Shown: one piece after another, positions 1 through 10,299 of the stretch
Position numbering within the stretch: the stretch's first letter is position 1
How the letters are laid out: every line of letters begins with the position of its first letter
Origin: Tubiluchus corallicola
Taxonomy: Eukaryota > Animalia > Priapulida
Assembly: GCA_030141605.1 (NCBI GenBank)
Contig: JAQGDQ010001399.1
Location: 1 to 23,410 of the forward strand
Reading direction: 5' to 3'
DNA: 23,410 bases
Made by a program: the position numbers and the translations under genes
The notes under the pieces: generated by a model
Databases searched by the model: none
Seen by the model: only the letters and a program-made list of their open reading frames with translations
What the model was told of the DNA's origin: nothing

Positions 1-1053
1 CTGGTGTAGGTTGGCAAGCATTTTTGGTACAAGTAAATCTGGTACAAGGCTAAAATGGTACGGAACAGGTTTGGCACTGGAACTGGAAAAGTTTAATTGG
101 CACTAGGAAGATATGGTACAGAGAAAATGTGGTACAAGGAAAATATCTCTTTTAAAATCTACAAAATGATCGTACGGTTAAGATCATATTAGACATTATA
201 AATGATCAGTCTTAAAGACTTTTATAAGCAATCAGGGTTTAAACAACACAAGTAAGTTACCCCCGATAAACTGTGAATAACAATTGAAGGTCTGCCAAAT
301 ACTGTATGTTCAATCTTCAACATCAATGCAATAGTAGCATTTGGCATTTTCTTGTAATAGCATAAAAGCCGTTAAATAAAAAAATTGGAAAATAATTACC
401 TACGGACAGATAGCATTATCATTAACTTGAAGGCTCAGCTCATGTCATCTACCTAGCTGGGAGAGATTTTTTCAGCGGCAAGTTTTCTTTGAGTTTTTTG
501 TCTTGGAGAAAATGTGACTGTTTCTAATCTTTCCAGGCATTATACGTCTGCAAAACTTTTATTCAAGGATAATGTTTTATCACTATAATGTTTCTGTGTT
601 TCCGCTACACAAATTTTAGTTACAGAAACCTTGTGTGGCTGGAGAAAATAAAAGTAATAATAATAATAATTCCCAATTGACCTTAACTCTCGCAGTACAT
701 TTCAATGCAATTTCTGCACGTGTTGAGGCCGCTTTTCTTGCGCAACTCAGACGAAGGAGGAGGGAAGACAAATGGAGAGCTAATTGGCCGTCACGAGGGG
801 GTGGTTGATTGACATTTTGCGATCTACGTATTAGATTCTGATTTTGAACGTGTTTTTTTACTAATTTGCTTCCTGTTTACATTTGTTGGTATAAAAATAG
901 TCTTGCAACACAGTAGAATACTTTTCAAACTTCACACAATGTCTAGCGTCTACTGTTTTCATGACTACGGAACTAACAATAGCCAATCTCCTTGCCTAAT
1001 ACCATGATAACGCAACGCAACGCCGCAACGACATAATTTCCATTTGAAGTAAA

Positions 1054-1200
1054 GCCATAATGAAATCAAACTGAGCTATAGTCGAATCAAATTTAGCTAT
1101 AATCAAGTCAAATTTAGCTATAATCAAGTCAAATTGAGCTTTAATCAAGTAAAATTGAGCCATAATCAAATTAAAATCGAGCCAAAACCAAGCCAAATAA
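1054..1200. repeat. 21-bp minisatellite, about 7 copies, in the foldback spacer
   Basis: Units resembling GCTATAATCAAGTCAAATTTA begin at 1054, 1075, 1096, 1117, 1138, 1159, 1181. Confidence 0.9.
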
Positions 1201-2050
1201 TGATAACTATAATTACCTTACCATACTTAATAAATATGAAACACAATCACTTACTGAGATTTGCTTGTTTGTTTGTTTTTTATTCATTCACTCATTCATT
1301 CTCTCAAAATAAAGAATTCGGCCTTTACTAGAAATATTGCAAATAAATGAATTTTAAATGCTATGTAAAATTTTTTCATGTAATTAAGAAAATCAATCAA
1401 CCACTTCAATTAGTTCTCCCTTTGTCTTCCCTCCTCCTTCATCTGAGCTGTACAAGAAAAGCGGCTCCCAAACACGTGCAGAAATTGCATTGAAATATAC
1501 TGCGAGAGTTAAGGTCAATTGGGAATTATTATTATTACTTTTATTTACTCCAGCTACACATGATTTCTGCAACTAAGATTTGTCTAGCGAAAGCACAGAG
1601 ACATTATAGTGATAAAACATTATCCTTGAATAAAAGTTTTGCAGACGTATAATGCCTGGAAAGATTAGAAACAGTCACATTTTCTCCAAGACAAAAAACT
1701 CAAAGAAAACTTGCCGCTGAAAAAATCTCTCCCAGCTAGGTAGATGACATGAGCTGAGCCTTCAAGTTAATGATAATGCTATCTGTCCGTAGGTAATTAT
1801 TTTCCAATTTTTTTATTTAACGGCTTTTATGCTATTACAAGAAAATGCCAAATGCTACTATTGCATTGATGTTGAAGATTGAACATACAGTATTTGGCAG
1901 ACCTTCAATTGTTATTCACAGTTTATCGGGGGTAACTTACTTGTGTTGTTTAAACCCTGATTGCTTATAAAAGTCTTTAAGACTGATCATTTATAATGTC
2001 TAATATGATCTTAACCGTACGATCATTTTGTAGATTTTAAAAGAGATATT

Positions 2051-2280
2051 TTCCTTGTACCACATTTTCTCTGTACCATATCTTCCTAGTGCCAATTAAA
2101 CTTTTCCAGTTCCAGTGCCAAACCTGTTCCGTACCATTTTAGCCTTGTACCAGATTTACTTGTACCAAAAATGCTTGCCAACCTACACCAGTACTGTATT
2201 AAATCGTTTCAGTACCACATTTTCCCTGTACCCAATTTTCCTAGTACTAAAATTTCACTGTACCAAAAATTCCTAGCAGC
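2051..2280. repeat. Subterminal ~16-bp tandem repeat array of the right arm (mirrored at 1..141)
   Basis: GTACC/GTGCC/GTACT cores at 2057, 2073, 2089, 2115, 2131, 2147, 2162, 2191, 2212, 2228, 2244, 2260, mostly 16 bp apart. Confidence 0.85.
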
Positions 2281-2372
2281 AAAAACAAGCTCTATATATC
2301 CCATCATACTACTTCATAAAAATTGGATCACGCAGCTCATCGTGAAATACTATCATGAACGACATCATTTTA
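2281..2372 (+). mobile_element. BEL/Pao LTR-retrotransposon fragment (start of integrase zinc-binding region)
   Basis: Translates YPIILLHKNWITQLIVKYYHERHH, matching the BEL/Pao P-I-I-L-P...T-x-L-I-V-x-x-x-H-x-x-x-H pattern. Confidence 0.65.
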
Positions 2373-2699
2373 GTTGCTGTTTTTGTGCACTTGTCATCCT
2401 ATTATCCTGTTATAGGAACATGGAGGATGAAATGTCTTTTCCCTCTTTCACCAGGGGCGTGCAACGTGCAGATCGCGCTTTCTTACCACGCATATGCTTC
2501 GCCAAAGTCTAATATTTTCGGTCTCTTTACTGAATTCAGTGAGCAGACAATCATTATACATTGCATTTGCTTTCATAAGTTGCAAGATCATTCGACTTAT
2601 TTCCATAGGTTTTTAAACATTAGACAGAATTCAGAGCTAATCAAAGAATTTCCACTCCATTCTTTTTTGGATAATTGCATCTTTGTAAAGTAATTGCAT

Positions 2700-3700
2700 T
2701 GTTTGTAAAATCCCTGCACAATCTGTAAGATACCTGTCTACATACTGTAAGAAGTGGAACTTAACAGTGAACATGGATAAAACTAAAATAATTGTTTTCA
2801 GTAAATCAGTGAAAATATCCACTAACCAACTTTATAAATTTACTTAACTTCTATGACGATTTTCTAAACAAAACCGTAAATTTAAAACTCTATAGATCTA
2901 TTTTACGTGTAAATTCAAAATCATTAAAAAATGCAGCAAAAGGTGAGCCAAGGCAATTGGTATTAATACACTATGCAGAATAATAGGAGACTGGTTACAT
3001 GTCTCTAGTGCACCCAGAACTAATCTTATACACGCCACATACGCAGAGTCTCTCAAATGACCAATCTAATCTAGGAATACACACCTGGGACACTTTCATA
3101 AAAAAAACAATTAAACTATATCGGCTTTTCACATATTTGGAAGAATCATGGAACTGCAAATAAGCGAAATCTGTTATCTTTACAAACGAAAAACCGAAAA
3201 TGGCAAAATAATACTAACAATAATGGTGAAGTCACTTAGAATCTACTATAAATTTAAAAATACGTATGTACTTCAGAATTTTCTGTGGCTGAATTCATTA
3301 CAACTACAATTAACATTCACTAAATTATCTGAGCATTATCTAACATTCACTGAGCATCAGCTCACACACACCAGCTAATAAAATACCTCTTCAACAACGA
3401 GTTTGTCCATATTTGTACTTGCTATCTATTTGAAATAGAAGACGAAGCAAAAATTTTATTAGGATGCATAGAACATTATCACCTATGGTCTTCCCTTTTC
3501 ACTAAAATTAACAGCTTGTGCTACAACAATTTTAGATTTCTTTCATGATTTAATGATACAGAAATTGTAGCCTTTGTTCGTAAATTTGCATTCGACTGTT
3601 TTAACAGTAGAAATATAAATTAAAGTATGCATAATTTGTATTTTTTACACAAAATAATATATATACATTATTTACTACCACAATAAATGCTATTAATTAT
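2700..3700 (+). mobile_element. Decayed 5'-truncated LINE, RTE-X-like ORF2 3' part
   Basis: Broken frames give YLSTYCKKWNLTVNMDKTKIIVFSK (about 2731-2805), LNYIGFSHIW, LRIYYKFK, IPLQQRVCP...EIEDEAKILLGC and VRKFAFDCFNSR; AATAAA at 3682. Many stops and frameshifts. Confidence 0.7.
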
Positions 3701-3841
3701 CAGAAAGAGCAGTTGCGTATAGCCAGTCTTAAAATTAATTATTATGTCACCTGCATCTATTTTAAATATTGTGATATGTTGTAGTCGTTTTTTTAATGTA
3801 TTAATTTGTATTATTTATTGCCACCCATACATCTGTTATCT

Positions 3842-3878
3842 GCATGTGCTGATAAAAGTTATTTTTCATTTCAACATC
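3842..3878 (-). pseudogene. Short diverged duplicate of the glycosyltransferase C-terminal coding sequence
   Basis: 33/37 identical to 4508..4544; reads DVEMKNNFYQHM versus DAEMENNFDQHM in the intact gene. Confidence 0.7.
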
Positions 3879-4496
3879 TCAAAATCATAACAACATTTCA
3901 CTTAGACAAGTTTATATGTTTTGACTTTAGGTGCTTACATGGAGATTTAAGACATTCATCTTGCTCTTGATCCGTGAGGATATCTAAATACCGTGATATG
4001 TTTTATAAAGTAGAGATTATATTTCATTACTTAGTCATTACTTACGTAGCCTATTTTATTGTAATAGCTGAAGCGTTTCCCTGATTTTTATAATTAAAAT
4101 TAAAAAAAATGTTTTATGTCAAGCATTTTTGGATTTTTTGCACAACGTTCCCACATAACCTATGTCATTTAACGTAATTGGTCGAAAATAATTAAGCACA
4201 ATGACCATTCCCTTCCTACGACTCAGCTAAAATGTGCAAGAATGAATTGACAAGGTGAAAGATGATTTTTCAGACAGCAAAAAAGTTCAGTGGGGCTATT
4301 GCACATAAACTACAAACGTTAATCATTAATCAATAAAGAATTTTAAAATGTCTTTTTTAATTTGTTATGTTTTTGATTATGTATATATCCTGATATAGCT
4401 AACAGATATTACTTTAGAAATTTACTTATTCAATAACCTCTTCTTCAAAAAATATGCATGGCTGTGTGGTTGATCTAGTTTAGTCACATCTCTGTC

Positions 4497-5498
4497 TCAT
4501 GATGTAGGCATGTGCTGATCAAAGTTATTTTCCATTTCTGCATCCCAATTCAGTTTGACTGGTTTTTCAGGAAAGTCGATAAAACTGTCATTCCAGGCAT
4601 CGAGAGGCTCAAAATCACAAGTCTGGGAAATCTTCGTTTTACGGTGGAAATGCATCCCTGGTTCTCTTCTGTTACAGGCGAGAGTTTTGTTGAAAGGAAA
4701 CTGCCCGTAAAGAGTGTAAAGGTTGTTCACGCTGTTGAAGTAGAGATAGTATGATTGAGGAAACATTTTTCTTTCGTGAAATCGATTTAGCCACATATTT
4801 GGAACAATATCATCTCCACCACTGATGTATGGTTTAAATGTTTCATTATGCAGTATTTTTAGCACCCATTTACGAAATTTTATCCACATTTTAGGATAGG
4901 GAGCATATCCCCAAGGTCCTGTTAGACGATAAAGAAATACAGAGTCACTACAATTTGTGCAGAAAGGATTTCTGAAAACTCTTTGCCCTTTCTGTAACTT
5001 TGCTACAATTACGCATCTTTGCAGAGAAATAGCCCCAATTTCTTTGTTGTCACTGTAAAATAAAAGCCCTGCTTTCAGCCAACGATAATAGTAAGGCGAT
5101 AATTGCAAATCATCTTCCAAAATTACACCATAAATTCCAGACTTTCTCTTTGGTCTCCAGCAGTCATACCACTGTATATACGGTCCGACATGATGAGAGT
5201 GCACATGTATTCTTTTGAGTCCATGAGGCCACACAAATGATTTGGCTACATGTAAAGTTCTTTCAAAGGAAATATTTGTTGCGGGGTTGACGTCTATGCA
5301 TATTTTCAACGAGACTCTGTCCATTCCGTAATCTGCAGCAGTTAGTGACCTCAGTAATCTGTGCAATGAGTGCGGTCTGTTATAAGTTAATACTGCAATT
5401 TCGAGATGAAAAGGTTTTTTGTTTTCATGATAAAAAAACAACATCAAACTGCCACAAAAGAGCAAACTAATTAGCGCTGTCTTTAACCGCTGCAACAT
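4497..5498 (-). CDS. Type II membrane GT-A fold glycosyltransferase (GT2-like), 333 aa, single coding exon
   Basis: Uninterrupted ORF with A at -3; N-terminal hydrophobic anchor ALISLLFCGSLMLFFY; GT-A strand-1 motif IAVLTYNRPHSLHRLLRSL; DxD-type motif GVILEDDLQLSPYYY; late EPGMHF motif; N-glycosylation sequons NIS, NCS, NET, NKT, NDS. Candidate AATAAA on minus strand at 4055..4060. Confidence 0.9.
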   Translation of the reverse strand: MLQRLKTALISLLFCGSLMLFFYHENKKPFHLEIAVLTYNRPHSLHRLLRSLTAADYGMDRVSLKICIDVNPATNISFERTLHVAKSFVWPHGLKRIHVHSHHVGPYIQWYDCWRPKRKSGIYGVILEDDLQLSPYYYRWLKAGLLFYSDNKEIGAISLQRCVIVAKLQKGQRVFRNPFCTNCSDSVFLYRLTGPWGYAPYPKMWIKFRKWVLKILHNETFKPYISGGDDIVPNMWLNRFHERKMFPQSYYLYFNSVNNLYTLYGQFPFNKTLACNRREPGMHFHRKTKISQTCDFEPLDAWNDSFIDFPEKPVKLNWDAEMENNFDQHMPTS

Positions 5499-5560
5499 TT
5501 TTCAGCAACGCGCTTTGTCTACTCCGCAAGAGTTTTTGTCGAGCTTTTTGCCCTACGTAA

Positions 5561-5874
5561 CTAGAATAAGGTTAGTACCCAAGCACAGCTGATTCTTGCA
5601 GTATCTTTTCATTCTAGTAACACAAAGAACTTAAAAAAAGCCAGCTGATCACAATTTTAGACACCAGAAATACTAACACTCAACTAGTTTCCTGGACTTT
5701 CTACCTGCACACATGTTTTGCATTCTCATTCAATACGTTACGAAAGCTCGCCAAGTACAATGGCAAAACTTGTAGGTAAAGCTTGTACACCTAGAATCAT
5801 CGAGCAAAATATATCTGCGCAGCTGCTGGTGCAGAAAATGAGCCAAAGCTTATAGAAAAGTTATATTTGTTTAC
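5561..5874 (-). other. Probable 5'-UTR intron of the glycosyltransferase gene
   Basis: Minus strand has perfect branch point TACTAAC (5577..5571) followed by CTTATTCTAG acceptor ending at 5561, 62 nt before the ATG. Candidate donor CGCG|GTAAAC at 5874. Acceptor is better supported than donor. Confidence 0.55.
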
Positions 5875-5878
5875 CGCG

Positions 5879-5888
5879 AAAATGGCGG
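5879..5888 (-). promoter_or_regulatory. YY1-type motif near probable glycosyltransferase TSS
   Basis: AAAATGGCGG on plus (CCGCCATTTT on the gene strand) in a small CpG-containing patch directly beside the candidate splice donor. Confidence 0.5.
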
Positions 5889-5949
5889 ACACAGAGCTCT
5901 TGTAAACTTTAGCAATAGTGACGCACAATATTTTTCAATTTTTATTTTT

Positions 5950-6127
5950 TAGACCAGGTAATTTAAAACATCTGTACCTTTGGTCTAATCTAAGAGAAAG
6001 ACTTAAAACATCTGTGTTCATACAAAAGTGCCTGTAACATCAAAACCTCAATTTTCAAGTGTTTCTGTTATATTATTCTTAAAATATCGTAATCAAAATT
6101 TCCTGCATTTTTGCGTCACCCGGTGTA
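5950..6127. mobile_element. Possible Tc1/mariner-type element end
   Basis: Ends TTTTTGCGTCACCCGGTG-TA (reverse complement TA-CACCGGGTGACGCAAAAA), resembling Tc1/mariner TIRs with a TA target; only an 8-bp partner (GTGACGCA, 5918) is seen. Left boundary is a guess. Confidence 0.3.
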
Positions 6128-7012
6128 ATGGTACACAGAAACTATTAACCACAGTACATCGTTGCTTTGCATGAAGATACACTGCCCAAGATGCGTAGAG
6201 GAGCTGGATAGTTTCAACAGTTCATGTTGACAAGCAGTGACAAACATTTAACAGTTTGGCAAATTACCTTAAGTTACTTCGCCGCACGCCTCAGGCTTGC
6301 TCTTGACAATTACGTGAAGCAAACCAGATATGATACTATAACCATGCAAAAAACCAAAGTAGTAAATGCCAATAACTTTGAATTGACTTATTGCACCCAG
6401 TTCTCTAAAATCTCTAGACACTCGTGGTACCTATGCTTTGTTTATTCATAACAAATGCATAATAAATACATAAACTGGGCCTACAATTACTAATACCTTT
6501 ATATATGATATTTTTGATGAAGTAGTCACTAAGCCAGACTTTTACCACTGATAGCATTTTCAGTTATGCTGATAAAACTTTTGTACATGGAAAAGAATAC
6601 TTGAGACAAATGTTGCGGCTCTAGTCATTAGATCTGAGGCAAATGGAGTGTAGAGAGAATCCGGATAAATTCCAAGGTATAACATTAATTTTGTCCCCAG
6701 ACCTATGGATAGACACACCTCTTTTATTGTGAATAACAAACTGGTAAAGTGCTACGAACTTAAACTGTAGAAATATAGTCAGTCAAATTTCAACAGCAAC
6801 GAGCCAAAAGTTTGAAAAAGGCTGGGCAGCAACTATACGCATTGAAACGTATTAGAAAAAATGTCTTCTAAATTAATCTATGAAGCTTTGTTTTATTTTT
6901 GTAATGTGCCTAGTGAACAAAAACTGAACTATAAAACAGAACTGTCATACTTTACGTTGAGTGCATTATTATTTCAAGGGTACTTATGAAAGCCTTCTTG
7001 TTAACGATAAAA

Positions 7013-7720
7013 GTATTGGACCTAGGTAGAGGACCTAACAGCTGACCAATATCTGATAGCACTTTTTAGTTCCATGTCTTGTATAGGGCTGCCTGGTGTA
7101 CTTGTCAGTGACAATGGTACGTACTTCAAGATGTCAAAGTTTTTTCTTCATAAGTCGCAGCGTAAATCCTTTGATAATGAGCATGTGCAGAAATAAGTAG
7201 TTTCCAAAAAGCATACATTGGATATTTAATTTAGAACATGCCGTTTTTTAAAGACTTTGTAGGTTTAGTCAAGCGGCACGATATAGTCATTGCATAAATC
7301 TGTTGAGAAAACTTTTTTGCAATTTGTGCAGTTGGCTACTCTCATTACTGAAATTGCCGCAGTGTTGAATGATGGATCTTCTGACGTCTCTGTATCCAGA
7401 TGTTGGGGACGGGTTTCCTCTTGCCCCCGATAAGTTTTTATTAGGTACTGATGTGCAAGGATTTGCACTGCTTTGTTTGCCAAAATTTAATGATGAGCAA
7501 AGTAATTTCGTGCACCTAGTTTTACGTTTGAAACACAGAGAACATGTATTACAATCCTTTTGGTCTATTTTGAAGAGTAACAATTGATTAATTTGTGCAA
7601 ATTTTATTACTCTAAGAAATTTAGAAGCGTGTATTGATTGTGTTAAAGTTAGTCAAATTGTGTTAGTGAAGGAAACCTTCCTAGAGGACAGTGGTAACTA
7701 GGAAGGTTGTGAAACATTTG
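7013..7720 (+). mobile_element. Decayed BEL/Pao integrase core plus C-terminal domain (DUF5641-like)
   Basis: Broken frames give LDL-VEDLTADQYLIAL, GLPGVLVSDNGTYFK, IHWIFNLEHA, LATLITEIAAVLN, LTSLYPDVGDGFPLAPDKFLLG, RLKHREHVLQSFW and QIVLVKE-LPRGQW*LG, in canonical order. Confidence 0.85.
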
Positions 7721-7807
7721 CAGCACAAGATCAGACGTAGAGACTTCTCTCGCAACTTGTTGCGCAACTTCTCTGTGAGAGTAAAAATTACAACATGTCA
7801 TTGGCCT

Positions 7808-8152
7808 AAAATCCGCCATTATGTTGATACTGAAATGCGTAAACTTCTTTATTACGCACTAGTATATCCGCATGTGCAGTTTAGCGGCTTGGGGAAGTAC
7901 TAATACGAATGTATTACATCCAGTAATGACCGCTCAACATAAAATAGTAAAAGTTATGCACTTCTCCCTATTTCGTGATCATGTATCGCCTGGATAACAA
8001 AATCTACACATCCTTAAACTTAATGATATTTTCAATTTGGAGTTAGCTAACATTCTTTATAAGTTCAAATTCAAACTTTTAACAGAAGTAATTGATACTT
8101 ATTATAGAGATACTTTTAGACGGGCATCACCATAATACCGGTTACGGCAAAA
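7808..8152 (+). mobile_element. CR1/L2-group LINE ORF2 3' fragment
   Basis: KIRHYVDTEMRKLLYYALVYPHVQ, AWGSTN, QHKIVKVM, LHILKLNDIFNLELANILYK, HHHNT: typical post-RT region, with frameshifts. Confidence 0.8.
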
Positions 8153-8416
8153 GTATTGCTTTATTTACTAGCAATTTGCTACCACCACAGGTCAATTTGC
8201 CAATCAGCTATTTTTTCTTGTGCCAGTTTTACTTACATTCAGATTGGACAGTACATCAATATGAACGTTGTGATATATTGGCAATTACTGGAATCCCATA
8301 TATTGAAGCGGAAATCGGGTTTAAGACCCTTGGCGACTGTATTACAGTCAGAATGCAACCTCCTCACATTAACATCTCACATAGACATCTCACATCTCAC
8401 ATTCTAACCAGGCGCC

Positions 8417-8452
8417 TATTATTATTATTATTATTATTTTAATACTTTATTT
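8417..8452 (-). repeat. (TAT)n microsatellite next to AATAAA; probable 3' tail of a minus-strand retroposon
   Basis: Minus strand reads AATAAAGTATTAAAATAATAATAATAATAATAATA. Confidence 0.6.
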
Positions 8453-9194
8453 AATGTGGATAAAACTTTAACCAACATTATTAATTATTTCCTAGGTGGC
8501 ACATAAAATAAAATGGAAAAAATAAAGGCTAATAACATTTACAGTGATTGTGTACTACAAGCACTAAAAATAAAAATCATGGAATCCATTCTAGAAGCTT
8601 ATGAACAATTTAAATTTCATAATTTGTAATGAATGGATAAACGAAACACTATCTGACACAATCTATACACTTTAATAAAACATCTGCAGTAAGATTTGAA
8701 AAAACACGCATTTTGACATTAGTTTAGTTGCCTTTCTTGTGAACGTTTGCTAATTGGTGACTGAAAATCATTGATGCTACTGACGTTGGTCTCCTGTGGT
8801 GGTAAAGAATATCACAGTTGTGCTCAGGCGAAAGCCAAAGTGCGTTTGTATATTTCTAATTTTAGTATTGGCAAGTAGAGTTTTGGTAATCACCTGCTCG
8901 TGTTTTATCACTTTCCTTTTTGTACAATCCTGGTTTCGTGTACCAGTTATCACTTTCTATTTATCCCGATCGTATAGTGTAAAGTGATTTATATCTATAT
9001 ATTATATAGATTGTATTTTAGTTTAACAGATTCGCTTATTATTTGTTCGCTACAAGGTGGTTTCATCACCTGGCTCCGAGCGCTTTAGATATGAGTCTAT
9101 CGAGCAATGATTTTATCTCTCAAGACTTTCTCCTCGACCTTTGCGTTGTGAGTGAAGGTCTTCTTCCCTCGAGCTATTCGTATCACGGATCTAG

Positions 9195-10120
9195 TGTTGC
9201 TTAACTCTGAACACACTTATATCATACGTAAACTCAATAGTTATGTGCCAAAGTGAACTAGCTTTATTAGTTTACAAAAGTTACTCTATCTAGGTAGCTG
9301 TACAAGATTCGTCCTTGTACGCTTGTGACGCTTACAATTAATGTACTGCTCCCAAAAGACTCTTATGTACTTCCCTTGACAATTTCTCAGTATATTGCAC
9401 GTAAGGTGCTTATTACAATACAATGTGAACTTCTCAATACGATGCAATGTGAACTCATGTGAACTACAGTTATGCAAAGTTACTCTCAGTTACAAATGCG
9501 TTAAGATTACTTAACTCTGCGGATTGACCACAATGCACCCTGTACACTTGGTCGAATCCAGTTGATATTATGAGACTCTCGTTGTCCAGTGCCCAGTCTA
9601 TCGCTGAGTACGCAGAACTTTCCACGCTGGTATCGAACGATGCTGTCTCAGTTCCTTGTCAGATTCTCCTCTGATACGTGTGTGACTTCGCGTCGCACCC
9701 TCTCTCTCTCCTCGTGTTGTCTCGTGTATTTTTTGTGAAAGACGACCCCGTGTTCCTAAAACTCAGAGCTTATATCCCGAAGAGCTGACCTTGCGAAATT
9801 CGCGCCAAACGCAATCAGGCGACAGGCGACATCCCTGGACATCCCTGGACATCCCTGACATCCTTGACATCCTTGGCATCCCTGGACATCCGCTTCCAAG
9901 CGATTTATGGTCAGCAAGGGTGGTCCTCGAATTCCTTTGCTCGTGGGAACGATCCTGTTTGGGGGCGACTCTTCAGAACTTCCTGTCCTTGACATCGTCA
10001 AACGCCGGTAGAGGCTTTGCCGGTAACTATAAACTCTCTCTTCAAAAGACATTTACCTGCCGCTGAGTTTCTGTTAATTAAGTATAACTTTGCATAAAGC
10101 TATAATGTCCTCACCTAACA
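9195..10120 (-). mobile_element. LTR-like element (possible solo LTR); left boundary may instead be 8795
   Basis: GC/CpG-richer than flanks; minus strand begins TGTTAG and ends GCAACA; tandem repeats, then TATA-like GATATAAGC (about 9768-9776), then AATAAA (9263..9268) in U3-R-U5 order. No target-site duplication or PBS found. Confidence 0.45.
9828..9891. repeat. 9-10 bp tandem repeat GACATCCCTG, 7 copies
   Basis: Directly visible; produces the QGCQGC pattern of the spurious 9756..10052 ORF. Confidence 0.9.
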
Positions 10121-10299
10121 ATACCTATTTGCTTCCAGCATCCTAGTTGCCTTCAGCGAACGATAAAAACTCACATTTTCCACAGGTATGTTTACACTTT
10201 TACATCTCATTAAATCCGGGCTTACCAGCTGGATGAGTTCTTACATCGATCAATAAATTTATTTTATAAAATCAGGGAGGCATAAGATTTATTACCAAA

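Larger units (their letters stand above)
1..2280. mobile_element. Non-autonomous foldback-type DNA transposon (long TIRs with subterminal tandem repeats; Mutator/foldback-like), left end outside window
   Basis: 1..591 is the exact reverse complement of 1601..2191; complementarity continues with mismatches and indels over about 592..812 vs 1392..1600. Outer arm consists of ~16-bp GTACCA-containing units running to about 2280. Spacer 813..1391 has no transposase ORF. Superfamily is inference. Confidence 0.85.

Noticed and set aside
1054-1200. CRISPR-like array
   Set aside because: Units are contiguous with no unique spacers, no cas genes, eukaryotic context.
4512-4754. 80-aa plus-strand ORF
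   Set aside because: Antisense shadow of the glycosyltransferase CDS with no motif.
8993-9011. Palindrome ATCTATATA-T-TATATAGAT
   Set aside because: Low-complexity AT repeat; expected by chance.
9756-10066. ORFs with QGCQGC / LDIPDILDIL repeats (metallothionein-like appearance)
   Set aside because: Produced by the GACATCCCTG tandem repeat within an LTR-like element; non-ATG starts.
10084-10110. loxP/dif-like half site ATAACTTTGCATAA
   Set aside because: No properly spaced inverted partner arm and no recombinase gene; probably chance.
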